Below are positions 11,150 through 21,934 of a DNA stretch of 64,000 bases, piece after piece. The translations under genes and the position numbers were made by a program. Positions within the stretch are counted from its first letter, which is position 1; the number at the start of each line of letters is the position of its first letter. Source of the DNA: a bacterium (GTDB taxonomy: Bacteria; Actinomycetota; Coriobacteriia; Coriobacteriales; QAMH01); assembly GCA_963642995.1 (NCBI GenBank), contig CAVIIZ010000002.1, forward strand, positions 75,610 to 139,609, written 5' to 3'. Below the pieces are notes generated by a model. That model had not been told where the DNA came from. It did no database searches and was given only the letters and a program-made list of their open reading frames with translations.

Positions 11150-11938
11150 TCAGCCTTTTTCCGCGGCGCTTTGCGTGCTGTCTTGTTTGGCGAGCGCCGC
11201 GTCGGCCTTGTCCTTGTCGCGCGTCCAGCGGGCGTACAGCGTCATGTCGTGGTCTACCTCGAGGGGGAAGGTGATCTGCGTCTGGTAGGTCGTGTCCGTG
11301 TACCATCCGGCGAAATAGCGCCCCGAAATGGTAGGCTCGCGCGGCGCCATGATGAGCGTGCCCGTCTTCACCTCCTGGGACTCGACCAGCGAACCGCCGT
11401 TCGTCTCGTAGGAAACCGTGTAGCGCACGTTCGATTCCGCGACGAGACGCGAGTTCTGCACCCAGACATAGCCTACCCCCGCAAGCGCGGCCAGCAAGAC
11501 GAGCACGACGAGCCCGACGAGCACTTTGCTGCCCGTGCGCATCCCTGTGCGCGCCTCGACGGGCGCGGGCTCGGCGTATGCGGGCTGCGGGGCGTCCATG
11601 TAGGGGAGGGGCTCGAAGGGTTGCCGTTCTTGCGCGCAAAAGGCGGCGTCTGCGGAGAAGGCGGGCAAGTCGGCCGGCGCGAAGGGGTCGTCCACATCAT
11701 CCGGGGCGTCTGCCTCGTCCACGTCATCTGCAACGTCTGCCGCGTCCAATGTGGGGATGAGATCCGCGCGCAGTCTCGCTGCAGCTCGCGTTTCTGCGAT
11801 GCCCGCAGCGGCCGCGTCGCCGGCGCCCGTCTCGTCGAAACGGGCGCCCGCGCCCGCGCAGTCCTCGGCCGGCTCGCCGCACACGGGGCATCCCAAAGCG
11901 CCCGGCGCGAGCGCGGCTCCGCAGCGTCTGCAGTTCAT
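11150..11938 (-). CDS. Zinc-ribbon / single-TM protein with an extracellular Listeria-Bacteroides (Flg_new-type) repeat
   Basis: MNCRRCGAAL...CPVCG zinc ribbon, acidic low-complexity linker, TM VLVGLVVLVLLAALAGVGYVWV. C-terminal YTVSYETNGG...FAGWYTD...TLYARW repeat. RBS AGGCGAGG follows the aconitase stop. Confidence 0.75.
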   Translation of the reverse strand: MNCRRCGAALAPGALGCPVCGEPAEDCAGAGARFDETGAGDAAAAGIAETRAAARLRADLIPTLDAADVADDVDEADAPDDVDDPFAPADLPAFSADAAFCAQERQPFEPLPYMDAPQPAYAEPAPVEARTGMRTGSKVLVGLVVLVLLAALAGVGYVWVQNSRLVAESNVRYTVSYETNGGSLVESQEVKTGTLIMAPREPTISGRYFAGWYTDTTYQTQITFPLEVDHDMTLYARWTRDKDKADAALAKQDSTQSAAEKG

Positions 11939-11951
11939 CGGCACCTCGCCT

Positions 11952-14264
11952 TCAGCGCTGTTTCGCGCGGTTGTAGTTGATCAGGCAGCCCGCCATGACG
12001 ATTTTTCGCTCCTCGGCAGTCATGGGCGCGATGGAAAGGCCGATGCGCACGGGCGCGGCGGATGCATCGCCGCCTCTCACGACCCATGCCTCGATGCTTT
12101 CCAGCGCGTCCGTGTCGAGCGCCTTGCGAATCCCGGGCACGAAGACCCAGTCGCCCACTTCGAGCAGCGCCAGGTCGCCTGCGTAGTGCAGGGGCAGCAT
12201 GCCCCAGTTCATGCAGTTCGAGCGGTAGCGCTTCGTCGCGTATTCGGAGACTATGTTGGCAAGTCCTCCCAGCACGCGCTGGCAGCTGGCCGCCTGCTCG
12301 CGTGCCGAGCCGTCGCCCGGGCGCCTGGCGTAGATGGTGCTGCCCACCTCGACCTCGCCGGCCTCCACGCCCGCATAGCCCTCGACGCCGCGCACCGCGC
12401 GCAGCACCTCGTCCAGCTCCACGGGCAGCTGGCCGGCCTGCCGCGCCTGCTCCAGCTCCCGCACTTCCTTTGCCCGTGCGACGTATCCCGGGTCGCGGCG
12501 CGAGAGGGTGAACTCGGCGAGCCCCAGCGGGTTGGAGCGATAGCTCGACGTCTCGCCGGAGGGAATCAGCTCGTCGGTGGTGGTCACCTCGTCTTCGATC
12601 TTCGAGCACAGCTTCAGCAGCACATGCTCGCCCAGCGGCTCCTGCTTCGGCCAGTCCTTGATGTTGGGCCCGTAGCGCAGCTCGTGGGAAGGGCGCGCGT
12701 CCCCGAAGCCGCGGTAGACGCGTGCGCGGTAGGAGCTGTCGTCGAAGGTGTAGTCGTCGGGCAGGCCCTCGAAGGCGCCCTCGAGCTCGGCGGCGCTCGT
12801 CAGCTTGCCGCCTGCCGCCGCCGTGGCCGCGATCGAGCGCGCGTCCATGAGCGCGACGGCCGCCATCTGCCCGTCTCCCGGTTTCGAGCCCTCGCGGTTG
12901 GGGAAGTTGCGCGTGGCGTGCCGCACGGACAAGGCGTTGTTGGCCGGGGTGTCGCCCGCGCCGAAGCAAGGCCCGCAAAACGCCGTGCGCACGATGGCGC
13001 CCGCGTCCATGAGGTCGGCCAGGCACCCCCGGCGGTCCAGTTCGGTGAAGACCGGCTGGCTGGCGGGGTAGACCGACAGGTAGAACTCGCCGGCGCCGCA
13101 GCTTTCGCCCTTCAGGGCGCTCGCGGCGGCGATGATGTTTGACCAGGTGCCGCCCGCGCAACCCGCGATCACGCCCTGCTGCACCTGCAGGCGCCCGTCG
13201 TCTCCCACCTTGTCGCGCAAGGTGAAGGCGGCGCGGCCTTCTGCCACCTCGGCGGCGCGCCTTTCTGTTTCATGCAAGATATCGTCGAGGTTTTCATAGA
13301 GCTCGTCGATCTCGTAGGCGTTGGAGGGGTGGAAGGGCATGGCGACCATGGGCTTCACCGTCGAGAGGTCCACCTCGACGCAGCCGTCGTAATAGGCCAG
13401 GGGAGCCGGGTCGAGCTGCTCGAACTCCTCGCCGCGCCCGTGCGTCTCCAGCCAAGACCTGGTCTGCCCGTCGGTGCGCCACACCGACGACAGGCAGGTC
13501 GTCTCCGTGGTCATCACGTCGATGCCGTTGCGGTAGTCGCACGAAAGCGCGCCCACGCCCGGCCCCACGAACTCCATGACCTTGTTCTTCACGTAGCCGC
13601 ACCCGTAGACCGCCCTGATGATGGAAAGCGCCACGTCCATAGGGCCTACCCAGGGCTTGGGCGCCCCCTTCAGGTAGACGGCCACGACCTCGGGGCTTTC
13701 CACGTCCCAGGTGTCGCCCAGCAGCTGCTTGTCCAGCTCGCCGCCGCCCTCGCCCACGGCCATGGCGCCCAGCGCGCCGTAGCGGGTGTGGCTGTCCGAT
13801 CCCAAGATCATCTTGCCCGGCGCGGCGAACTTTTCGCGCATGAACTGGTGTATGACGGCGATGTGGGGCGGGACGTAGATGCCGCCGTACTTCACCGCGG
13901 CCGAAAGCCCGAAGAGATGGTCGTCGTCGTTGATGGTGCCGCCCACCGCGCACAGCGAGTTGTGGCAGCAGGTGAGCACGTAGGGCAGGGGGAAGCGCTC
14001 CATGCCGGAGGCCCGCGCCGTCTGGATGATGCCCACGTAGGTGATGTCGTGGCTGGCCATCGCGTCGAATTTCACGCGCACGATGCCGTCCGAGCCGTCG
14101 CCTGCGTCATGGGCGGCCAGTGTCCGGTGCGCGATCGTGCCCGTCCGCGCCCGCTTCTCGTCTGCCTCGCCGCCGGCAAGCGCCTGTACGCGGGCGCTGT
14201 CCGCCGCCTCGACAAGCTCTGTGCCCCCCACCAGGTAGACGCCTGCGTCGTGCAATGTGACCAT
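11952..14264 (-). CDS. Aconitate hydratase (approx. 770-aa aconitase-family enzyme with swivel domain)
   Basis: ATG 14264 with RBS GAGAGGAA. The track ORF extends spuriously to 14594. Aconitase motifs GSDSHT, CGPCFG and TRNFPNREG. Confidence 0.9.
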   Translation of the reverse strand: MVTLHDAGVYLVGGTELVEAADSARVQALAGGEADEKRARTGTIAHRTLAAHDAGDGSDGIVRVKFDAMASHDITYVGIIQTARASGMERFPLPYVLTCCHNSLCAVGGTINDDDHLFGLSAAVKYGGIYVPPHIAVIHQFMREKFAAPGKMILGSDSHTRYGALGAMAVGEGGGELDKQLLGDTWDVESPEVVAVYLKGAPKPWVGPMDVALSIIRAVYGCGYVKNKVMEFVGPGVGALSCDYRNGIDVMTTETTCLSSVWRTDGQTRSWLETHGRGEEFEQLDPAPLAYYDGCVEVDLSTVKPMVAMPFHPSNAYEIDELYENLDDILHETERRAAEVAEGRAAFTLRDKVGDDGRLQVQQGVIAGCAGGTWSNIIAAASALKGESCGAGEFYLSVYPASQPVFTELDRRGCLADLMDAGAIVRTAFCGPCFGAGDTPANNALSVRHATRNFPNREGSKPGDGQMAAVALMDARSIAATAAAGGKLTSAAELEGAFEGLPDDYTFDDSSYRARVYRGFGDARPSHELRYGPNIKDWPKQEPLGEHVLLKLCSKIEDEVTTTDELIPSGETSSYRSNPLGLAEFTLSRRDPGYVARAKEVRELEQARQAGQLPVELDEVLRAVRGVEGYAGVEAGEVEVGSTIYARRPGDGSAREQAASCQRVLGGLANIVSEYATKRYRSNCMNWGMLPLHYAGDLALLEVGDWVFVPGIRKALDTDALESIEAWVVRGGDASAAPVRIGLSIAPMTAEERKIVMAGCLINYNRAKQR

Positions 14265-14401
14265 CGGGTTTTCCTCTCGCCTTGAATTCGCGGATCGCCG
14301 TGAAACGCCGTCATGTCTCCTGCAAGTATACCCGCCCTGCGGCCGCGCTCGCGGCGGTTGTCGCCGAAGGCGGAAACGGCATGCGCGCGCCGTATGCGGG
14401 A

Positions 14402-14410
14402 TGCTAAGAT
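14402..14410 (+). promoter_or_regulatory. Candidate extended -10 promoter element (TGCTAAGAT)
   Basis: TGn-TAAGAT sits about 30 nt upstream of ATG 14440, which has RBS GAGGAGG. Sequence pattern only. Confidence 0.3.
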
Positions 14411-14439
14411 AGCGCGTCGCGAAAGACGAGGAGGCAGAG

Positions 14440-15798
14440 ATGGCCGGACATCCCGGAAAAGAAAACGAGACGACGGAGAACGGCGCCGCTTCGGGCAAGG
14501 ACGTGAAAAACGGCGCGGCGCCCGAAGGGGGGCATGAGGCCCGTTCCCAGGCGAAGGCCGGGGAAAAACGCCCCGTCGTGGACAACGAGGGCAAGCTGCG
14601 CTTCGAGGTCGAGGGCCGCGACCCGAACGACCACGAGTTCGGCTACCTGAAGCACCGCCGCGACGAGCGTCTGGCGTTTCGCTGGAAGGACATGAGCCGC
14701 TGGCAGCACAAGCGCATGGTGCTCTCGCTCGTCTTGGTCATCGGCTTGGGGCTCGCCTTCCTCGCGGCCGCCTGCGCGCATGTCTACATCGCCAACCAGG
14801 CGAGCGCGAAATCCTGGGACGACTACATGGGCGCGCAGGCCGCCGCGCAAAACCAGCAGCGCTACGACGAGCTCGCGGCGTCCGGGCGCATGGACGGCGC
14901 GACCCATGTGCGCTGCGCGGTCTATCTCTCGCAGGTCCATTCCATCGACATGGCAGACTCCTCCTACCAGGTCTCCGTCATCGCGGGCTACCGCTGGACG
15001 GGCGACGCCTCCTACGACTTCTCGCAACCCGGCACCGTCACCTTCTACCGCGGCGTGGTCAACCAGACCTCCGTCATGGACGAGTCGCACGAGGGCGCAA
15101 CGAACTACCAGCTGGTAAAGTACGTCGTCACCATCACCAAGGACTACGACACCACCTGCTTTCCGCTGGGCAAGCACCTCATGCGCATCATCCTCGAGCC
15201 CGGCCAAGGCGTCGACAAGCTCGTCTTCGAGCCCGATGCCGAGGCCTCCGGAGCCAACCGCGACCTCGACGTCAGCGGCTTCAACCTGACGAACTACGGC
15301 GTCACCCGCGTCGTCTACGAGTTCGACCACGACCTGCTCAACCCCTCCACCGATTCCTTCGGCGACGAGAAGAACTACAAGACCGAGGTCATGGCGGCGT
15401 TCACCATGGAGCGCGCCGACGTCGGCATGTACTTCGAGTGCTTCATCGCCTTGTTCGGCACGCTGGCGTGGATCGTCTTGTGCCTCTACATCTGCACCTA
15501 CCGTCGCATCGACCCGCTCACGATGATCTCGGCGGCGTTCTTCGGCGCGGTCTCCAACGTGCTCGCAGGGGCCGCCAAGGTGCCCTTGTCGCTGTCGTTT
15601 GGCCTGCTCATCTACGGCAATCTCTTCGGCATCGCCCTCATCATCGCGGGCACCGCCATCGTCATATCCATCAACACGCTGCGAAAGGACATCGGCAGCC
15701 GCGCGTTCGCGCATTACTACGGCCGCCTCATGATGAAGGTGTTCATCGTCATGGCGGTGCTGGGCAACATCGCGCTGCCGTTGTGCGCGGTGCTCTAG
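14440..15798 (+). CDS. Pentameric ligand-gated ion channel (pLGIC)-like membrane protein with an extra N-terminal region
   Basis: ECD-like pattern [33 protein letters not shown] ... [14 protein letters not shown]. Four C-terminal TM segments with a pLGIC-like M2-M3 stretch ([15 protein letters not shown]). Also an N-terminal ~90-aa charged region plus a TM anchor. Confidence 0.6.
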   Translation: MAGHPGKENETTENGAASGKDVKNGAAPEGGHEARSQAKAGEKRPVVDNEGKLRFEVEGRDPNDHEFGYLKHRRDERLAFRWKDMSRWQHKRMVLSLVLVIGLGLAFLAAACAHVYIANQASAKSWDDYMGAQAAAQNQQRYDELAASGRMDGATHVRCAVYLSQVHSIDMADSSYQVSVIAGYRWTGDASYDFSQPGTVTFYRGVVNQTSVMDESHEGATNYQLVKYVVTITKDYDTTCFPLGKHLMRIILEPGQGVDKLVFEPDAEASGANRDLDVSGFNLTNYGVTRVVYEFDHDLLNPSTDSFGDEKNYKTEVMAAFTMERADVGMYFECFIALFGTLAWIVLCLYICTYRRIDPLTMISAAFFGAVSNVLAGAAKVPLSLSFGLLIYGNLFGIALIIAGTAIVISINTLRKDIGSRAFAHYYGRLMMKVFIVMAVLGNIALPLCAVL

Positions 15799-15849
15799 GC
15801 GCGCGGGCGCTTTCACGATGAACGCGGCGCGCGCCTTCGGAGGTCGGCC

Positions 15850-16830
15850 ATGAGCCGTTTCGCCATTGGTGTGATATCCGCCCTGGTCGGCGCCCTGTTC
15901 TGGGGTTTTTCCGGCACCTGCGCGCAGTTCCTGAACACGGGCTACGACATCTCGCCGCTGTTTGTCGTGCTCGTGCGCAACGCCGGCGCCGCCCTCCTGT
16001 TCGCCGTCCCGCTCTTCTCCCGCAGGGCGCAGGTGGCCGAGATGGCGGCAGACCGCTCGTGCTGGCCACGGTTTCTCCTGTTCTCCATCGTGGGCGTGCT
16101 CATGTGCGAGACGGTCTACATCGTCGCGATCGCCTACACGAACGCGGGCACGGCCACGGTCTTGCAGTCGCTCAACGTCGTCTTCGTGCTCGTCTACGTG
16201 TGCGTGCGCGCGCGCCGCCTGCCGCGCCTGTTCGAGTGCCTGGGGGTTGTCCTCGCGCTCGTGGCCACCGTCTTGATTGCCACGAAAGGCGACCTGTCCT
16301 CGTTGTCCATCCCGCTTGCCGGGCTGGTCTTCGGCTTGATGGACGCCCTTGCCGTGGCCGTCTACGTGCTCGCCCCCAAGCCCCTGTTCGAGCGCTGGTC
16401 GAGCATGCCCGTCGTCTGCGCGGGGATGATCGTCTCGGGAGCCGCCATCGTCTGCGTCTGGTGCGTCGGGTGCGCGCTCTCGCCGGCGTTTCCGGGCATT
16501 GCGTGGTTGTTTTCCGTGCCCAAACTCGACGCCGCCGGCGTGGCCGCCCTTCTCGCGATGCTTTTCGTGGGGACCTTCGCGGCCTTCGGACTCTATCTTT
16601 ACGGCGTGTCCATCGTGGGCGGGGTCAACGGCAGCTTGCTGGGGTCTGCCGAGCCTCTCGCCGCCTCGGTTCTGGCCACGTGCTGGCTGGGCACGGTTTT
16701 TTCCTGGGCGGACTGGGTCGGGCTCGTCTTGATGGTGGCGACCATATTCCTCGTGGCCTTGCAGCCGAGCGAATCCGAGGGCCTCCGCCGCCGAAGCCGG
16801 ATGCGCGGGTGCGAAAAAGAAGGAAACTGA
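15850..16830 (+). CDS. EamA/DMT-family transporter
   Basis: Ten-TM hydrophobic protein with duplicated EamA-like halves. RBS GGAGG. Confidence 0.8.
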   Translation: MSRFAIGVISALVGALFWGFSGTCAQFLNTGYDISPLFVVLVRNAGAALLFAVPLFSRRAQVAEMAADRSCWPRFLLFSIVGVLMCETVYIVAIAYTNAGTATVLQSLNVVFVLVYVCVRARRLPRLFECLGVVLALVATVLIATKGDLSSLSIPLAGLVFGLMDALAVAVYVLAPKPLFERWSSMPVVCAGMIVSGAAIVCVWCVGCALSPAFPGIAWLFSVPKLDAAGVAALLAMLFVGTFAAFGLYLYGVSIVGGVNGSLLGSAEPLAASVLATCWLGTVFSWADWVGLVLMVATIFLVALQPSESEGLRRRSRMRGCEKEGN

Positions 16831-16844
16831 GAGGGGATTTCACC

Positions 16845-17264
16845 ATGTACGAACTCGAGACGTCTGCCACCTTCGACGCGGCGCATTTCCTGTCCGACTA
16901 CCACGGCAAGTGCGAGAACCTGCACGGGCATTGCTGGAGGGTCGTCGTGCGCATCGCCGCCGAGGAGCTGGGGGATGCGGGCGAGCGCCGCGGCATGGTG
17001 CGCGATTTCGCCGAGTTCAAAGCCATAGTGCGCGAGGAGGTCGCGGCCTTCGACCACACCTTTCTCGTCGAGGAGGGCACTTTGCGCCCCGCGACCGTGG
17101 AAGCGCTCGAGGCCGAGGGCTTCACCTTGACGGTGCTGCCGTTTCGCACGACGGCCGAAAACCTCGCCCGCTGCCTGTCCGATCGCCTTTTCGCGCGCGG
17201 CTTGCCCGTGCAAAGCGTCGAATGCGACGAGACGGCCGCCAACCGGGCGCTCTATCGGCCTTGA
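16845..17264 (+). CDS. queD: 6-carboxy-5,6,7,8-tetrahydropterin synthase QueD
   Basis: ATG 16845 (RBS GAGAGGGG) inside track ORF 16059..17264. MYELETSATFDAAHFL...CENLHGHCW motif typical of QueD/PTPS. Confidence 0.9.
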   Translation: MYELETSATFDAAHFLSDYHGKCENLHGHCWRVVVRIAAEELGDAGERRGMVRDFAEFKAIVREEVAAFDHTFLVEEGTLRPATVEALEAEGFTLTVLPFRTTAENLARCLSDRLFARGLPVQSVECDETAANRALYRP

Positions 17265-17374
17265 TACGGGGATTTGCGAAACCCCGCGTCCGCGCATGCA
17301 CCACGTGCGGGTAAACTACATGGGTGTTTCGTCGGATGCTTTTCGGGACGGGAAGAAGAGAAAAGAGGCATGCA

Positions 17375-20215
17375 ATGCAAAAACATCGCCTGAAGCGCGC
17401 GAAGACAGCAGCACGCGCATCTGCGGATGCGGCGGCCAAGAGGAAGGCCGGCGCCTTCGACATCTCCATGGCCGCCTGCCTGAGCGCCTGCCTTGCCTTC
17501 TCCATCCCGGCAAGCGCCCTTGCGAGCTCGTCTCCCGAAGGCGGCTGCGGCGGCGCGGACGCCGGGAGCATCGCGGCCTCTTGGAGCGAGACGGCCGCCG
17601 CAGCCTGCAACGACAAGAGCATCCAGGCATATGCCAACGTGGCCGGCTCCGCGGACGCGAACCTGCTTTTGCCCGCCTCGCCGTCCGAGCAGACGGCCCT
17701 TGCCGCCGGCGACAGGTTCGACTTGCGCGACCCGAACGGCGACGGGGACCGCTCCGACAGCGTCGTCACCTCCGTGAAGCTGCAAAACCCCTGGAGCAGC
17801 TGCTGGAGCTTTTCTGTCATCGCGGCGTGCGAGACGAGCATCCTGTCCGAGACGGGCGCGACTTACGAGGAAACCGGCATGGACCTCTCGGAGCTCCAGC
17901 TGGCGGGTTCCGTCTACAAGAAGGGCGGCGTTCCGAAATCCGTCGACCCCGTGCAGGCGGGCGAGGGCTATCAGAACAGCTCCCAAGACCCCAACGACGG
18001 CCTCGCCAACGGCGGCATCCTCAACTACGCCTCGACCATGTTCGCATCGGGCATAGGCCCTCTCTACGAGGAGACCGTGCCCTACGCGAACAAGGGCGTG
18101 GCAGGATCTGGCGACGATGCGCCGATCGTCATGTGCGCGGCCGTCTACAACGAGGTGGATCCCTCCACCGGCCTGAACAAGGCGGCCTACGTCAACCTCA
18201 CCGAAGAGCAGGTGAAGGGCATAGAAGACCAAATCGCGGCACACGACGGCTCCTGCGAGTACAAGTTCATCTCGAGGGTGTGCTATTCCGGCAACTACAC
18301 GGATGCAGACGGAAACAAGGTCTGCACCGATTGGACCGTCCCCGACGAGCTGTACACGAGCTCTTTGTACAACCTGGAAAACGGCAACATCTTGCCCGAG
18401 ACGAGGATTCTCGCCGCAGACGGCACGTGCACGGGCACGGACCTAGACGCCGTGAAGAGCATACAAGGCGAGTTGAAGGCGGGCAGGGGAGTCTCCGTCT
18501 GCCTTTGCTCGGACCAGTCCAAACCCGACCAGGACAGCGGCCAGGCCCTCTACATCAACACGAAGAACTGGGCGCACTACACGTACGAGACGGCCTCCGT
18601 GAACCACGGCGTCACCATCGTCGGCTACGACAACTCCTACAGCAAGGACAACTTCGGCGGCGGGGACGCGGGCAAGCAGCCCCAAGGCGACGGCGCGTGG
18701 CTGGTCAAGAACAGCTGGGGCTCTTCCACCGAGACCTTTCCCAACAAGGGCTATTGGGGCATAGAGGAAAACGGGGAGAACACGGGCTATTTCTGGCTGT
18801 CCTACTACGACAAGTCCGTCACCATGTTCGAGTCCTTCGACTTCGACACGAGCGCAGACGACGGCGACAGCGAGTACTACATCGACCAATACGACTACCT
18901 TCCCCAGGCCACCGCGCTGCCCAGCGTCTCCGACACCCCCGTCGCCATGGCAAACATCTTCACCGCGACGCAAGACATCTCGCTTTCCACCGTGTCGTGC
19001 GCGACGTACAAGCCGAACACGAAGGTGAGATACGAGGTCTACCTGCTCGACGACGAGGCCGGCAGCCCTGCAGACCCCGACCACGCCAAGCTCGCGTGCA
19101 CCACGGAGGCCACCTACGCCTACGGCGGCTACCACCGCACGAGGCTCGACGGCGCCGACTGGGTCGCCATGCGCGAGGGACAGCGCTATTCGGTGGTCAC
19201 CACCCAGCAATGCCTCGACGACGGGAAGTACTACGCCGGCGTCTCCGTCAACGCGAAGGTGAAGCCGACGGACGCGCAGGTCGCCAAGTACCGCGAGGAC
19301 ACGAAGACGGCGACCAGGGAGAAGTACTACAACATGTACTACCTGCCCGCCGTGAACCTGCTCTTGTCGATGGACGACCCGGACACGGGCGAGAAGTACA
19401 CGAGGGAAAAGGCGGAAAAACTCGCCGACGAGGAAGTGCGCAAGATCTTGGACACCGCCTCGATGGCCAAGGTCATGGAAAAAGAAGTGGACGCGGCGGT
19501 GGACGTGTACGCGAACACCTATTTCCAGGCGGTGGTAAACGAGGGCGAGAGCTGGACGGGCGCGGCGAAGTCCGGCGGCGACGCCTCGCAGCCCGCGTCG
19601 CAGGCCATGACATGGGAGGACTGGACGACGGAGGTGAAAGCCCCCATCGAAGAGCAGTACAAGCAGGCAGGCCAAGACATCGTCGCCGACAACGCGCCGG
19701 TCAAGGCGTTCGCGAAGATGAAGAGCTGGGCCAGCGTCGCCGAGCTCGAGAGGCTCTCGCAGGCGCTTGCCGCGGCGTCGGAGGCGCTTTCGACGGCAAA
19801 GACGAGCGTCGACGGCAGCGACGTGGACGCCTCGCAGAAATGGATGACGCAAGACGCGCGCGACGCGCTCGGCGCAGCCGTCGAGGAGGGCGCGGCGACG
19901 CTTGCCCTTGCCGGCGGGGACTACCGGACCGACCTGGCAAATACGACGCCCGATTCGGAGACTGTGAACGCGGCGGCAGAAAAGCTCGCCTTCCAGACCT
20001 TTGACGGGACGATGCAGCAGGAAAAGGCGCAGCAGGAGAAAAGCGTGAACACGGGCGCGGCGGACGCCGACAAGGCCGGCAAGGCGGCGGGCCAAGACTC
20101 GGACACCGGCGACGAGACGGCGGTGCTTCTCGCCGTGCTTGCATGCGCCATATGCGCCGCCGCCCTGATCGCCGTCATGGCCGGCTGCGCGCGCCGCTGC
20201 TCGCGCAGGAAATAG
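17375..20215 (+). CDS. Secreted, cell-surface-anchored papain-family (C1) cysteine peptidase, 947 aa
   Basis: Signal-like N-terminus. Catalytic motifs QNPWSSCWSFS (Cys), VNHGVTIVGYD (His) and WLVKNSWG (Asn). Long helical C-terminal half. C-terminal TM plus a basic tail (RRCSRRK). Confidence 0.8.
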   Translation: MQKHRLKRAKTAARASADAAAKRKAGAFDISMAACLSACLAFSIPASALASSSPEGGCGGADAGSIAASWSETAAAACNDKSIQAYANVAGSADANLLLPASPSEQTALAAGDRFDLRDPNGDGDRSDSVVTSVKLQNPWSSCWSFSVIAACETSILSETGATYEETGMDLSELQLAGSVYKKGGVPKSVDPVQAGEGYQNSSQDPNDGLANGGILNYASTMFASGIGPLYEETVPYANKGVAGSGDDAPIVMCAAVYNEVDPSTGLNKAAYVNLTEEQVKGIEDQIAAHDGSCEYKFISRVCYSGNYTDADGNKVCTDWTVPDELYTSSLYNLENGNILPETRILAADGTCTGTDLDAVKSIQGELKAGRGVSVCLCSDQSKPDQDSGQALYINTKNWAHYTYETASVNHGVTIVGYDNSYSKDNFGGGDAGKQPQGDGAWLVKNSWGSSTETFPNKGYWGIEENGENTGYFWLSYYDKSVTMFESFDFDTSADDGDSEYYIDQYDYLPQATALPSVSDTPVAMANIFTATQDISLSTVSCATYKPNTKVRYEVYLLDDEAGSPADPDHAKLACTTEATYAYGGYHRTRLDGADWVAMREGQRYSVVTTQQCLDDGKYYAGVSVNAKVKPTDAQVAKYREDTKTATREKYYNMYYLPAVNLLLSMDDPDTGEKYTREKAEKLADEEVRKILDTASMAKVMEKEVDAAVDVYANTYFQAVVNEGESWTGAAKSGGDASQPASQAMTWEDWTTEVKAPIEEQYKQAGQDIVADNAPVKAFAKMKSWASVAELERLSQALAAASEALSTAKTSVDGSDVDASQKWMTQDARDALGAAVEEGAATLALAGGDYRTDLANTTPDSETVNAAAEKLAFQTFDGTMQQEKAQQEKSVNTGAADADKAGKAAGQDSDTGDETAVLLAVLACAICAAALIAVMAGCARRCSRRK

Positions 20216-20305
20216 CGCGCCGCACGGAGTGGACGGACTCGGCGCCTTTCCGAAGCGCCTCGCACTCCTTCGGGCGGGCGCGTTTCGGGCAGGTGGCATG
20301 CCCCT

Positions 20306-21190
20306 TCAGGCGATGCGCACTTCCTGGTTCTTCACGCTCACGCGCGAGTGCGCCGCGACGCTTTTGGTAAGAAACGCGCTGCCGCCGATCACGGAGCCGG
20401 CGCCCACGACGGTCTCGCCGCCTAGCACGCTGGCATTGGAGTAGATGACGACGCCGTCCTCGATGGTGGGATGGCGCTTCACGCCCTTGAGCTTCTGGCC
20501 GCCGCGCGTGGAGGTGGCCCCCAACGTGACGCCCTGGTAGACGATCACGTGCTTTCCGATGACGCAGGTCTCGCCGATCACGACGCCTGCCGCGTGGTCG
20601 ATGAAGAAGTACTCGTCGATTTTCGCGCCCGGGTTGATGTCGACGCCCGTGATGGTGTGGGCGTACTCGCTCATGATGCGCGGCACGAGCGGCACGTCGT
20701 GGACGTAGAACTCGTGGGCGATGCGGTAGACGAACACGGCGAAGAAGCCGGGGTAGGAAAAGATTATCTCCTCTTTGCTCTGCGCTGCCGGGTCGCCGTC
20801 GAAAGCGGCCTGCACGTCGGTCATCAAGACGCGCTGCAGCTCGGGCAGCTTGTAGAAGAAATCCGAGCAGGTCTCGCGCACCGCTTCTTCAATCTCTGCC
20901 GCGCTCTTCTCGCCGCCGTCGCGAAACATGAACGCCGCCGTGAGCTCGCGGTGCAGGTCGCGCTCGATCTGCGAGAGCATGTCGCCGATGAAGTACTGCG
21001 GGCCGGCTCCCGTGGGCACCTCGTCGCCGAAGTAGCGCGGAAACATCAGGCGGCGCAGCTTGTCCACGATGCCCACCACGCCGCTGCGGCTGGGGAAGTG
21101 CCAGTCGGGGTCGGTGAAGAAGATCTCGTCGATGTCGTAGTAGTTCTTCTCTATCCCCTCGACGATCTCGTCGAGCTTCTCGTTGAACAT
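20306..21190 (-). CDS. cysE: Serine O-acetyltransferase (long form)
   Basis: ATG 21190 with RBS AAAGGAG. Left-handed beta-helix hexapeptide repeats in the C-terminal half ([11 protein letters not shown]...VYQGVTLG). Confidence 0.85.
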   Translation of the reverse strand: MFNEKLDEIVEGIEKNYYDIDEIFFTDPDWHFPSRSGVVGIVDKLRRLMFPRYFGDEVPTGAGPQYFIGDMLSQIERDLHRELTAAFMFRDGGEKSAAEIEEAVRETCSDFFYKLPELQRVLMTDVQAAFDGDPAAQSKEEIIFSYPGFFAVFVYRIAHEFYVHDVPLVPRIMSEYAHTITGVDINPGAKIDEYFFIDHAAGVVIGETCVIGKHVIVYQGVTLGATSTRGGQKLKGVKRHPTIEDGVVIYSNASVLGGETVVGAGSVIGGSAFLTKSVAAHSRVSVKNQEVRIA

Positions 21191-21537
21191 GGGCGCTCCT
21201 TTTCGTGCGGTTTCGGCCGTCGTGGGCACCTCGCTGCCGGCAGACGGCGAGGCGGCGTTTCGCTTTGCGCGATTCTAGCGTGAAAGGCGCGCGCGTGCGC
21301 AGTGGACGCGTTGTGCTGCCAGGTTCGATTCGGGCATGGTCGCCTTGCAGGAAGGAGCAGCCCCCATCAATTCAGCGCCGACAAAAGGGCGAGTTTCACT
21401 TGTTCGGCTCCGTCCGTTCGCGTACACTACCCCTTGCCGTCTCCCGGCGGCATGGTAAAGCGACATCTCGGGCTTGGCCGCCCGTCTTGTCGTGTGAAGG
21501 CTCCGCGTTTCGGGGCATTATGGAAAGGCGTTTGCAC

Positions 21538-21741
21538 ATGGCTGAAGGTACGGTTAAGTGGTTCAACCCCGACAAGGGCTACGGCTTCATCTCCCGCGAG
21601 GACGGCGACGACCTGTTCGTCCACTTCTCCGAGATCAAGATGGACGGCTTCAAGACGCTCGACGAAGGCGACCAGGTCACCTTCGACGTCACGACTGGCC
21701 AAAACGGCAAGCTGCAGGCCAGCAACGTGGTGAAGGCCTAG
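21538..21741 (+). CDS. cspA: Cold-shock protein (CspA family)
   Basis: [31 protein letters not shown] with RNP1 and RNP2 motifs. 67 aa, inside track ORF 21205..21741. Confidence 0.95.
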   Translation: MAEGTVKWFNPDKGYGFISREDGDDLFVHFSEIKMDGFKTLDEGDQVTFDVTTGQNGKLQASNVVKA

Positions 21742-21773
21742 CGCATACGACCTCTCATACACGCTCGTGAAAA

Positions 21774-21808
21774 GCCCCGCGCCGCATCCGAAGGCGCGGG
21801 GCTTTTTT
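21774..21808 (+). terminator. Rho-independent terminator after cspA
   Basis: 10-bp GC stem GCCCCGCGCC / GGCGCGGGGC, 9-nt loop, followed by TTTTTT. Confidence 0.85.
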
Positions 21809-21934
21809 CACGTCGCCTCCTTTTTCGGGCATGCGTCTCGCCGCTATGGGGAAGATGCAAATATCTGTGTACACCATCTTTTTTCTGCGTTAGAATAGCG
21901 GTCGTCAACGAGCAGGAGACGAGAGGCACGCTAT

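Noticed and set aside
21810-21934. Looked for a TPP riboswitch upstream of the NMT1/THI5-type ABC importer, and likewise upstream of thiD at 38575-38736
   Set aside because: Neither leader shows the thi-box core (CUGAGA ... ACCUGAUCUGGAUAAUGCCAGCG) on the relevant strand. Given the neighbouring cysE, the importer is more likely sulfonate/taurine-type.
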